A stretch of 64,000 nt of DNA, taken from Felis catus (lineage: Eukaryota). The notes beneath the pieces were generated by a model that was not told where the DNA came from, did no database searches, and saw only the letters and a list, made by a program, of their open reading frames with translations. Location of the stretch: NCBI RefSeq assembly GCF_018350175.1, contig NC_058377.1, forward strand, positions 107,384,001 through 107,448,000. The letters run 5' to 3'. The translations under genes and the position numbers were made by a program. Below, one piece after another: positions 11,007 through 33,436 of this stretch; position 1 is the stretch's first letter, and every line of letters begins with the position of its first letter.

Positions 11007-12299
11007 CAGTGTCTGTGCCCCTCATCCGTTCACGGTCTGTCAGTTGTCTGCTTCGTGTTCCTTGCACCATCGCGTCTTCGGTCGAAGGCTGATCGGACCC
11101 CGGCCCTCCGAGGGAGCGGCTGGGCTGGGCAGGGGTCACTTAACCACCTAGGCTGGTGGGCAGGGAGAGGCAGGAGCCTGCAGTCCAAGGGGAAAGGAGG
11201 CCCGGAGAGCCTGTTCCCTCTCCGGTCTCTTCCTCACTTGAACGATTTCTACTCTTTCCTCAAAACCTGCTTCAAATGTCATCTCCTTTATGAAGTCTTT
11301 CGTCTCCAGGTCAGGGAGCCGTGTCCCCCCTCCTGGGTCCTGCGGCACGATGATCGTGTGTCTCATATGCCGGCTACCCTTGCTGCATTAGGATTTCTGG
11401 AAACCCCGTTTCCCTGTCATCCTGCCCAATCTGGCATTCAGGGCCAGGGAAGGACCTGGCCTGGGACTGAGGAGCCCCCACCTCCCTATCAGGTGTGGAA
11501 GTGGCCAGATAGTTGGGCCGCCCCCACATAGTCTGCCTGGTGGCCCTGGGGGCTCCTTCTCTGGCTGCCCCTGATACCGCAGTCACTGCTTTCTGCTGCC
11601 ACAGTCTTGGCCTGTCACCTGCCCTATGGCTGGGGCTCCTTTATCAGAGGGTCTCTCTCCTGTCCACGTACCTGGTCATCACACCTCCTCGTAGTTCCTG
11701 GGGGCCTAGTACTGCTCCTGTCTGGAAACTTCACTTGGGATTATCCTGGGCATCAGATCTTCAGGGCCTCCAGAGAGGGCATCTGAGACTCCCAGTCAGC
11801 TCGAAGCTGAACGGTCCCTTTTTGTTGAAAGGAAACTAACATTTGTAGGGCACTTTATTGTGTGTGCCAGCCTCTGTTTTGAGCATTTACAAATACCTCT
11901 TTAATGCTCAGAACAGCACTCCGAGGTGATAATTAATCATCCCTTTTCCGTAAGTAGGGACTGGGAGGCTCTTGGGAACGTAGTAACCCGCTGCGCCCTC
12001 TCCTGGTAGGGGGTGGTCAGCCTTAGAGCCCAGGCTCAAAACCACCCACTGTGAGGGCTGAGGACCCCAGGCTAGAGGATTTGGGGAGAGAGAGATCGGG
12101 GTTTGCAAAGAAGTGGGTGAGAACCGAGAGGGGAGCAGTTCCAAGACCTGCCTGAACCCTGGGTGTTCAGGCTGCGAGGGGCGGGGGAGGAAGGGGGGAG
12201 TCCTGGCACTAGCCACCGAGGTGAGGACCAAGGGATGAGGAGGGACAGGAGGTGCCCCAGCATGACTTTCCAGAACCGGGTCCCAGTCCTCCCTCAGCC

Positions 12300-13850
12300 A
12301 ATTCCAGGTTGTTTCAGTGGATCGCCCACCCCTTTGTCCCGCGGGGCCGCCTCCCTCAGGAGCGCTGAGCCCAAGGGCCAGGCTGTCCCCAGGGGCGGGG
12401 AGTTGAGGGCCATAATGGGGCTGGGAGACGCTGGGAGGTTAGCGTGGTGCCTGTCCGGAGAGGTGAGCCGGCAGATGTCCAGGCTGGGGCCGTGCCGCTG
12501 GCCACACTGGATGGCCGACGGGGCAGTACCAGGACTCCGGTCTGAGACTCCAGGTCGGACCCAGCGGCGGGCCCTCTCGGGCTCCTCGGCCCGTCACCTG
12601 CCGAGATCCGCCGGAATTGGGGGGCTGGGCGGCCGCAGGTAAGGTGCTGCAGGGCCCGGCGCCGGCGGCAAGGGCGCGGCACGGAGGGAGGCGCGGCGCC
12701 GGAGGGGTTAAACTTGGAAGGAGGGGGGCTTCTGGCGGCGGGAGGGGGGGGTCCCAGCCCCGGCGGCCGCCCGCTCCGCCCCTGCCGCCGCCGCCGCCTC
12801 CGCGGCCCAGCCGGCACCGGCGAGGCCGCGCGGGAGCCGGGGCCGCAGCCGCAGCCGCAGCCGCAGCCGCAGCGGGGCCGACAGTGAGTGCGGGGCTGGC
12901 GCGGGAGGGGGTGCGGGACGGGAGCGGGGGCGCGGACGGGACTCCCCGGCAGGGGTGCGCAGGGTGGGGGGAGGGCCGGGCCGGGCCGGGCGGGGCGCGC
13001 ACCTCCCGCGCGTGGGCGCCTCCGGGAGTCGTGCGGCCGCGCGTCCTGCCGCCCGCACGCTCCCAGGCGTCAGCGTGGAAGACTCGGGAGGCGGTGGGAG
13101 CGAACCGCGGGGGTGCAGCGTGTCTGGGTGGCGAGCGCTGCGCGGTGGCCCGACGGCCTGGGTGTGTGCACGGGAGTGTGTGCACACGTGCGCGTGGACC
13201 TCTGGGGTGCCTCGGCCTGGCGCGCACGCCCCTGGGGGTCCGGGTGTGCCCGTGAGTCTGGGGAGCGTGCCGGTGGAGCGTGTGCGTGCGGCCCGCGCAG
13301 CCGGGCGGGCGGGAGCCGCAGGGAGGAGCGTGGGCGCGCGGGTCTTTGTGCCCGCGTGTGTGCGCGTGGGCGCCGCCACCCGCTGTCCCGGGGGCTGACA
13401 GCTGTCCCGGAGGATGCTGCCCGGGTTCGGCCCTTATCGCTCCCGCCCTGTTCCTTCCCGGAACCGAGCACCCTTCCCCCGCCCCCCACCCCCCACCCCC
13501 CACCCCTCCGCCCTGCCTCTGCTCTGCGCAGCGACCGGGACCCGCCCCTGGGTTCCTCGAAAGCCCGGCGGGGCGCTGGGAGACCCTGGAGGCTACCCGT
13601 CCGGCGCAGCGGGTCGCCGCGGAGCGGGGAGAGGCGGGAGGGGGGGGAGAGAAGCGCGAAGATGCTGCCGCAGCCGCAGCGGAGGAGCCGGGACCCGCCA
13701 TCCCCGTCCCCGCCCTGCGCGGTCCGGCCTCTCCAGCCTTCTCTTCGCGCGCCTCCGCGCCCCCTCAGCCTCCTGCGCTGAAGCCGCTGCCTCACGCCCC
13801 CTCCAGGCCCCCGGTGTTTTCTCGCTCGTCCAGCCTCTCGCTCAGCAGGC
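12300..13850. promoter_or_regulatory. KCNK4 CpG-island promoter with alternative first-exon donors after 12638 and 12883
   Basis: CpG-dense. Donors cag|GTAAGG (intron from 12639) and gaca|GTGAGT (intron from 12884). A (GCCGCA)5 repeat lies at about 12842-12871. Confidence 0.7.
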
Positions 13851-13942
13851 TCAGTCTCTCTTTCCCCCTTCCACTCTCCTTCCTTTCCCTTCCCGGTGCC
13901 CTCTTCTCTTCTCGTGTCCTGGAGTCCCTGGACAGGGGCTGA

Positions 13943-19914
<5,972 letters not shown>

Positions 19915-20203
19915 GGGCAGGACCCCCGGCCTCGGCCTCTCAAAGGGCTTCGTTCTAGCTCTCCCTGGCATGCTCTGCTTGTTTGACCAAAGAGGCCTCT
20001 TTCGACCGGACTGAGGCCTGGGGAGGAAGCTACGGGTTGCTTGTCTGCCACCCTCCCCTCCCCCCCCCCCCCCCCCCCCCCGCCCGGCTCCTGGCCCTCT
20101 CCTCACTTCATTCATTTGCAGACCCCCCAAGGCTTTCTGTCTCGCTGTCCCGGCTGGGCCCGTCCCTCACAACACCTCACGACTGTGCCTCAAAGCCTGC
20201 ATC

Positions 20204-20209
20204 AATAAA
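20204..20209 (+). terminator. KCNK4 polyadenylation signal
   Basis: AATAAA about 290 nt after the stop codon. Confidence 0.75.
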
Positions 20210-20673
20210 CGAAAACAGTTTGCACCGCTGCGGGCGTGCGCGCTCCGGGAACGCGAGTGGGTGTGGGAGAGCTTGCGTCGGGCCGCCTCCGGGGCAAGCC
20301 AGGCCTGCTGCGACCCCCAGGCCGGGCCTCCTCCCTCCCCCACCCCCCCCCCCATTCCCGCCACGCGTGCACCCGAAAGGGCCACCCTTGGGCCCGTGTC
20401 TCTGCCGGGAGGCTACCGAGGAGGGTCCGGATTAAGAATGTGCCAAGGCGGGCTGTGCGTCTCCAAGCTCAATACAGACGTGGGGGGCGCCGGGGTGTGG
20501 GTGGGTGGGGAGGAGATAATGGCATCTAGTGTGGGGGTTGTAGATTGAACTCTCCCTCGCGAGACCCGCAGCGCCATTCGGGAACGCGACCCTGCCCCTC
20601 CCCGCTCCTGGAGCGTGACGCCCTCCTCCTTGCCCCGAGGCCTGTGGCGACTGGGTCCGTTGGGGGCAGAACC

Positions 20674-23247
20674 ATGGAGGAAAAGCCTTTCAGAGTAAGA
20701 ACGCTTCCCGGGCCCCCACACCCTGCGAGCCCCCAGACTGAGTCCAGCTTGGGTCCCCGGCTCTCCTCTCCCTCAGCCTTGGCCCCGGGGCAACTCCCAA
20801 AGAGCCCAAAGCGGAGCCTTGACCCACTCCACGGAGTCGTGGCCCTGGTAGGGCTCAGGATCCCCGTCCCCTGGCCTGCTCTTCCTCTCCTTCCCCACTC
20901 CCCGCTGCCCTTGGCTTCCCTCGTTGTATGTGGCCCACAGGCGTCTTTGGGCAGCGGTGGCTCAGACACGTCCAGACCAGACAACGACATCCGGAATCTG
21001 TGGACCAGGGCCACGCTGTCGCAGTCGAAGCTGAATGTGCCTCTGCCCAATGTCTGCGAGGACTCCGACCTGGAGGACAGCAGCCCACACAGCAAGACTC
21101 GCCGGTGGCGCCACGAGAAGGCCCGCCGTGACTCGGACGGTGGTTGGGATCACGGAGAGTACAAGGACGGTTTCAAGCAGGAGGAGCTGGAGGACCACTC
21201 CTTGTTGGAGCTGCAGCTCCGTCAGGAAAGCTCCCTGGGAAGCCATTTAGAGGAGGGGGACGTCGATTCCAAGACCGAGATTGGTCAGTGTGGCCTCACC
21301 AGGCTGTGGGTATCCACAGGGCAGGGGGTTGGCCAGGACCTCAGTATCTGCTGGTATAAAGTGGAGGGGAGGCGGGTGGGAAGCTATGGGACCCAAGTTT
21401 CCAGGATTCCCTTCCTGGGCGGGGCGCCCTCTCTCATCTTTCACGCTTTAAATCAATCATGCTTGGAGCGCCCCCTACTGGCAAGGCGTCATACAAGGTC
21501 CTGTGGCCCAGGCGCGCCAGGCCCGAGACAACCCCCCCCCCCGCCGCCGCCCCCCGCCGCCCCCCTTCCTCCCCCCCCCCCCCACCTCCGGGCCCCTTCA
21601 TCAGGGGATTGGAACTGATAACAATATAGTAACTGCCATTTATTGATGGCCAGGCACTGGACTTCCTTTGCACGATCGCCTTAAACTTCACAACCTCTAT
21701 AGAGGGGCCATTCTTATTATCCCATTTTACAGACGAAGAACTTGAGAGTCAGAAAGTTTCAGTCACTGCTCCTAAGCCTCACACAATGGGGTAGTCAGAA
21801 CTGGAACCTTGGTGAGGGGGGACAATAAAGCCCAGGGTGGCAAATTACCGTCCCATACTGTTTTCCAATAAGGTGGCACCTGGGGCTGGTCTCTGAAGGC
21901 CACTCCCCGCAGCCCGCCCCCCCCCCCCCCCCCCAATCACATGCCTGCCCATACATTTCCTCTGCTCCGGGGCAGACCCAGCAGTCCGGAGATGACTGAT
22001 CTCTCTTTTCTCTTCTCCCAGAAATGTCTTCCTCAGAGTCATCGCTCAATATCTTGAAGCACACACCCCATCGAGCCTACTGGGCGGAGCAGCAGAACAG
22101 GGTTAGCAGCACCCAGGGAGATGAGGGGTTTTAGTGCAGTGGGGGATGGGCGAGTGGGGGTGGCAGAGGTGAAGGGGTGAGGGTGTTTTGTAGGGTGGTG
22201 GGGCAGGCACGTTAGTTGGGGGTCTTGGGGCTAGAGGGAGCAAGCAGGGGGGGGGCACTTCAGCTCCGGGCAGGGCCGGGGTCCCTTGGACATCTGAACC
22301 TCTTGCTGCCTCTCCAGCTGCCACTGCCTCTGATGGAACTCATGGAGAATGAAGCTCTGGAAATCCTCACCAAAGCACTCCGGAGTAAGCCCCTCCCTCA
22401 GACCCCACAAGAGACCCTGGGGGATTTTGCAGGGCTCAGGCTTCTGGGAGTGGGAGTTCAGGATGTGACTACCCTGTCAGATTCCCTTACCACCCACCGA
22501 TGTTCCAGGAGCCCCACCATAAGTAAAAAGTCGGGGGACTGGCCACAGGGACACCCAGTGGGGAGAGCATGAGGCCTGGGCTCCCGCCTCGGGGCAGCTC
22601 CTTTTTAGCTGATGTGGCTTTTCTAAAGCTGTTTCCATCCCCCTGCCGAATGGGGATGACAATCTTTGTGGGGTCTTGGCCCCCTCCCTTGGTGCTGTGA
22701 GGAACCTCTGAACAACGGATTCCTTGGGTGAAAGTTCCCTTGTTTGCCCTGCATACGAAATAACGGAGGGGTTGCTGGCTAATCACTTAGAGTGGGTGGC
22801 CCAGCAGGGGTTCACAAAGCTGCAGGCTCCCACTGTCCTAGTTCAGGCCTGCAACATCGCTAACCTTGCCCTCATCCACCCTCCACCTCAACACTCTGAT
22901 CCTCCTCCACACCCCCCATCTGTTTGGAGTGCAGGTGTATGACTTGACCTTTTGAAAGAAAACCGTCAGGGCCCAGCACCTTGGAGATTCAAAGTTTCCC
23001 AGATTAACACACACCCGAGCGCCAAGCGCTCCTGCCACCCCAAATCACCCGCGGTTGCTCAATTCTCACATGCGGCACGCACTGCTGGGGAGGCCATGCC
23101 CCCTGCTCACTGGCCTAAGCGGAGCTCTGCCCTCCAGGCTACCGGTCAGCCATAGGCCGGGACCACTTCCTGACCAAGCAGCTGCAGCGATCTATCGAAG
23201 GGCTCAAGAGGCGCCGGAGCAAGAGGCTGAACCTCTTGGCGTACTGA
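20674..23247 (+). CDS. CATSPERZ: CatSper channel auxiliary subunit zeta (TEX40), 206 aa
   Basis: Exons 20674-20694, 20941-21283, 22022-22101, 22318-22384, 23138-23247, 621 nt in frame. Motifs MEEKPF, LWTRATLSQSKLNVPL, HRAYWAEQQNR, LPLPLMELMENEALEILTKALRSY, GRDHFLTKQLQR. Confidence 0.93.
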
Positions 23248-23353
23248 GAGCACCGCCTCGGGCTCGAGGGACAGCCGGACTCCAGCCCCGAGCCCTTGTC
23301 CTGTCCCCAGACCCAAACCTGACCCCGTCCACGTGGAATTTGAGTCCTAGAGA

Positions 23354-23359
23354 AATAAA
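23354..23359 (+). terminator. CATSPERZ polyadenylation signal
   Basis: AATAAA about 107 nt after the stop codon. Confidence 0.75.
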
Positions 23360-23433
23360 AGACTCTTGTGCACAATCGGTGAGTCAGTGCGTGGCTGCCC
23401 GCGTGAGGCGGACGCACGTGGCCCCGCCTTTCC

Positions 23434-23469
23434 CCGTGACCTTCACTCGGTCACCGCAGTGACCTTGAG
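23434..23469. promoter_or_regulatory. ERR response element cluster in the ESRRA upstream promoter (autoregulatory multi-hormone response element)
   Basis: TGACCTTCA (23437), GGTCA (23449) and TGACCTTGA (23460, a perfect ERRE TCAAGGTCA on the minus strand). Confidence 0.8.
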
Positions 23470-23699
23470 CGTTCTTCTGTCCAGGCCCTATTGGCTCCGC
23501 CTTCCCGGGACTTGAAATCCAGGAGTTCTTGCATGTTTTATGTCTGCTTCTCCCACCCCGGGTCCAGCGGCTTTGTGGGGATATTGGATCTGCGGTCCAA
23601 GTGCCCCGATGGAGTAATCTTGGGGGAAGGGGGAGAAGGGAGAGGGGCAGCGCCTCTCTAGTATGGGCACGCTAGGCTCCGCCCTTCATGCATATGCAG

Positions 23700-24900
23700 T
23701 TCACTAACCTCTCTGTTCCTCCCGCCTCATTTACATATGTAAGTCTCCCTGCCCCGCAACTGCGGCCCCTGAGCCACCTCGCCCACTCCTCTCGCGCACA
23801 GCGCGCTCCGCCTGCTTCGTTACGTAAGAGCGCTCATGGTTCCAACCCCCTCGCCGAGTCTCCTCTGGCCCCTCCCCCTTGGCGGCCGCCTCCCCGAGTG
23901 CGCCAATCTGGCTCGGCGGCGGTGGGCGGGACCTTCATGAAGGTCCGCCCCCTGGCTTCGCCGGCTCCGCCTCGACCGGTCCGGGCACGCAGGCGCTGCC
24001 TGCCCCACTTGTCTGATTAGCATAGNNNNNNNNNNNNNNNNNNNNNNNNNNNNNNNNNNNNNNNNNNNNNNNNNNNNNNNNNNNNNNNNNNNNNNNNNNN
24101 NNNNNNNNNNNNNNNNNNNNNNNNNNNNNNNNNNNNNNNNNNNNNNNNNNNNNNNNNNNNNNNNNNNNNNNNNNNNNNNNNNNNNNNNNNNNNNNNNNNN
24201 NNNNNNNNNNNNNNNNNNNNNCCCCAGGCTCACCCCGGCGCTCCGGGCCGCTCGGCCCCCATGCCTGCCCGCCCGCCCTGCCGGAGCCCCAGGTCCGGGG
24301 GCGGAGGGGAGCGCCGCTGGGGGGGTGGACGGGCGGGGCGCGGGGGCCATGTGCGAGCGCGGTTGGGAGGCGGGCGGGGGGGCGGGCTCCGGGCGGGTCC
24401 GGCTCCAGGACCAGCCCGGGTCACGGTTGGGACCCGGTCGACAGCCAGACGGGGTTAGGGTCTGGGCGGGATCCGGCGTTCAGGTCTTAGTGCGTCGGCC
24501 CGGGACAGGGGCCGGTTCTGGCTCGGGCTGCAGGTCCTGGCCAGGGTCAGGCTTGGGCCTCGGGTCCAGTCCCAGGGCAGGGTTCAATCCGGCACCTGGA
24601 GCAAGTCGAAGTCCCAGGGGCGGGCCGGGGTGGAAGATAGGGAGGGTTCCCTGTTGGAGAAGGGGCTTTGAAGACCACGTGGGGGCGCTCAAAGGGGCCT
24701 TGGGCCACCCTCCTCTCTGGGTCAAAGGTCATCGCACCGGCGGGGGAGAACTTCCTCCTCCTTGGCGCTCCCCATTTACTTCCTGATAACCTGATAGAGG
24801 TCCCCCGCGGGCGGAGGGGGAGGGGAGGCGAAGCAACTTTAGGCAACTTCCCGTAGGTGTGCGCAGGTTGGGGGGGGCGGGGCGCCCCAGAGGTGGAGGA
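23700..24900. promoter_or_regulatory. ESRRA CpG-island promoter; non-coding exon 1 probably largely inside gap 24026-24221
   Basis: CpG-rich with GC boxes and CCAAT (about 23903), upstream of the ESRRA coding exon. Confidence 0.65.
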
Positions 24901-25616
24901 TTCTGCGGCAGCGGGAATGGAAGAGTGAATGTGCTTCCCGGGGGTTGGGGGTGGGGTGGGGTGTAAGGAGGTGGAGCCGCGTCCGCCGGTGGGCATGGGA
25001 TTGGCATGCTTGGGCAGGAGGGGCGGTGTGTCAGGTGTGGAAAGGCTCTGAGTGTGTTCCCACAAGTCTATGCCAGTGTGTGTCAGTGTGGGGGGCATGG
25101 TGAGTGGGAGTGAGTTTGTGTGGGGGGTGATTGTGAGCCTTGAGTGTGACTTTGTTTATGGGGTGTGAACTTTGGGGGGAGTGTGTGAAGATTAATGGGA
25201 GCACGAGTGAGAGGTGGGGTTTGGGGAAGGCCATGGTGAGGCATGGGAAGTGCCCCGCAGAGAGTGAGCATGTGTGAGCATGTGAAGACACCTAGAACCC
25301 AGGTGAGTGGGAGTGTGTGAACCCACACTTGTGAGCACATCAACTGCCCTTGTGTGCCTGGTTTGCGCTTCTGAATGGAGGACACCCAGGTGAGGGGGAG
25401 ATCGTCGAGGTCCCCAACATCTGGTGAAAATTGAGAGGTACCTTGCTACTGGCTGGGGATTCCAGAAGGGGTTGGAGATTGCCTGGAGACTAAGATTACC
25501 CCGCTTCCGGGCTCTGAGTGGGAGTAAGGAGTTTCCAGGCCTCCTCCGGGATCCCAAGTGGGAGACCTTGCCATCAGTTACAGGCCCTGGAGGCTTTGGA
25601 GACTCTGTTCCCATAG

Positions 25617-31169
<5,553 letters not shown>

Positions 31170-32060
31170 NNNNNNNNNNNNNNNNNNNNNGGGGTGCTGG
31201 CAGGACCCGCCCAGTGTGGGGTCAGCCCCAAGGGGGCAGAGCTGGGGTCTGGGCAGAGCCACAGCCTGCTGGCAGGGCCAGGGCAATACCATCAGCCCCT
31301 GGGAGCAGGCCCTACGCCCTCCCCTCCCCCCTCCCAGGGGGTCTTAGAAGCTGGGAACGTGTGTGTCCAGGCTCTGGGCACAGTGCTGTCCCTTGCAAGC
31401 CATAACGTGCCCCCAGAGTGTTAAGGGGGCCTTGCGGAAGCCATAGGGGGCTGCAGGGGACGTATGTGGGGGGGAGCAGAAGCCTGATCTCAGGGAGGGA
31501 AGGGAGTGGAGGCCACAGTCTCCCAGTGGGTGATGCTTTTGCTGCTGCTTAATCCAACCCTCTCTCCAGAGCAGAGGGGTTTTTGGAGAGCAAAGGCCCC
31601 TGCCCCCTTCGCTCCTCTCCTCATCATTTGCATTGGGCATTACTGCCCCCCCTTGAAGCAATAACTCCAAGCAGGCTCCAGCCCCTGGACCCCTGGGGTG
31701 GCCAGGGTCCCCCCCCCCCCCCATCAGCTCCCACCCGGCCTCCTCAGGGGGTAGGGGGAGCACTGCCTCTATGCCCTGCAGAGCAATAACACTATATTTA
31801 TTTTTGGGTTTGGCCAGGGAGGTGCANNNNNNNNNNNNNNNNNNNNNNNNNNNNNNNNNNNNNNNNNNNNNNNNNNNNNNNNNNNNNNNNNNNNNNNNNN
31901 NNNNNNNNNNNNNNNNNNNNNNNNNNNNNNNNNNNNNNNNNNNNNNNNNNNNNNCTCAAGAACACTGTTTTGCGTATCACTGGCTCAAGGGTTGGGGATA
32001 CACATGACCTTGAACTAAGATATACACAGTTACAGAATGAAAAACTAGCGACTCGCACGA

Positions 32061-32728
32061 TTAAGTCTCAGTTTCCTCATCGCTCAGCAGCATGTTGGGG
32101 ATCCCACGACTGATGGGAAACAGACGTCCAGACTCCGGGCACTGCAGGGTGCCCTCCAACACATCCACCTGCGGGAAAGCGGGACACAGCTGAGCACTGG
32201 AAGCATTGGCCTGATTGGCCGGGGAAACGGGCGATGGGCAGGTTCTCACCTCCAGCAGCACGTGGTGCATCTTCCTCAGAAACTTCTCGTCATGCTCATA
32301 CCCTTCAATCGGCTCTTTGGGTACCTCGACCAGGTGCAACTGTGGGCAAAGGCCTAAATCACCTCTGGGCATGCCGACCCTTGCCAGGCTACCTGGCCTG
32401 CGGTGAGACCGACCCCGTCCACCCCCCCACTCAGGGCGAGCACGGGCGTGGGGAAGGGTCCTCACGGTATCCGCCGCCTCCAGAAGCGCCGCCCACTCCA
32501 CCTTGGGTATCATACGCGCCACGAACTCGGGGTTGAACTCCACGGGGTTGATGCGGACCTCGGTGGCCTGCGGGGCGGAGGGGTTTTGTGAGGCCGGGGC
32601 CGGATCCTGGTCCCCCAGGACACGGGCGCGAGACTGCCCCCGGCCGATACCTGGAGGCGCAGAGGGAAGCCACGGGGCCCCACCCCCCGCACATGCGAGC
32701 TCAGCAGGTTGTGGGTGAGCAGCTTCAT
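32061..32728 (-). CDS. TRMT112: Multifunctional methyltransferase activator subunit TRM112, 125 aa
   Basis: Exons 32728-32651, 32567-32466, 32339-32250, 32168-32061, 378 nt. Protein MKLLTHNLLSSHVRGVGPRGFPLRLQ...CPESGRLFPISRGIPNMLLSDEETET*. Confidence 0.97.
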
Positions 32729-32729
32729 G

Positions 32730-33436
32730 TCGCCAAAACGGAATCTCCCCAGGCCGGAACCGGAAAAAGCTAGAAACTCCGTGGCATCACTTCCGGGGCC
32801 GCTCCAGTCTCTGTCCTATTGGACGGCTTGGAGGAGCGGAAGTGACGGAATGACGGAGCTTCTCGTGCTAGCCGGAGAGGTATTTGAAAAAGCTTGGTCA
32901 AATCACGCGCTGCTACCGGAAGCGTCTCGGCAGGTGATGGCTACGGCGCAGGCCCAGTGGTTTCCATTCGCTACAAATCATGCATAGTGTAAATCACATG
33001 TAAAGCCGCCGCAATGCAGGGGTCTTCGTTGAGTGCAAAATAAGCCATGTTTTTCTCCCACGCGGGCGCCTGACACCATCGTCTCCCGCCCCTCAATTCC
33101 GGTTAAGGAAAAGAAACACTGCAGGAATCCGTAAACGAGTCACATCAAAACAGCGACACCCCCACCCTTGTATGCAAATAAGTTGCGCGGCCGCCGGAAA
33201 CTCCGCCCCTTGGCTGCTGCCCCCGTAGTCCAGCCCCAAATGTAAATAAGCCGAGCGTAGCGTCCCGGGAGCGCCGCCCCTGCACGGGCCTCTACGCCTG
33301 CGCGGTGGAGGAGGCTCGCCGGGGGCGGGCGAAGCCGAGGCTCCGCCTTTCGCGGGGTCCCGCGGGGGCGCTTAGCGCCAGGCCCCGCCTCCTGCCGAGG
33401 CTCGGGCTTGGGGGCGGAGCGATTGTGGCCTCTGGT
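32730..33436. promoter_or_regulatory. Bidirectional TRMT112/PRDX5 promoter
   Basis: About 700 bp separate the divergent start codons. Multiple ETS/GABP CCGGAA/CGGAAG sites (about 32754-32765, 32789, 32837, 32916), octamer ATGCAAAT at 33172-33179, GC boxes. Confidence 0.8.

Noticed and set aside
20545-21618. 357-aa ORF as a novel gene
   Set aside because: It is CATSPERZ exon 1, intron 1 and exon 2 read through, plus intronic run-on.
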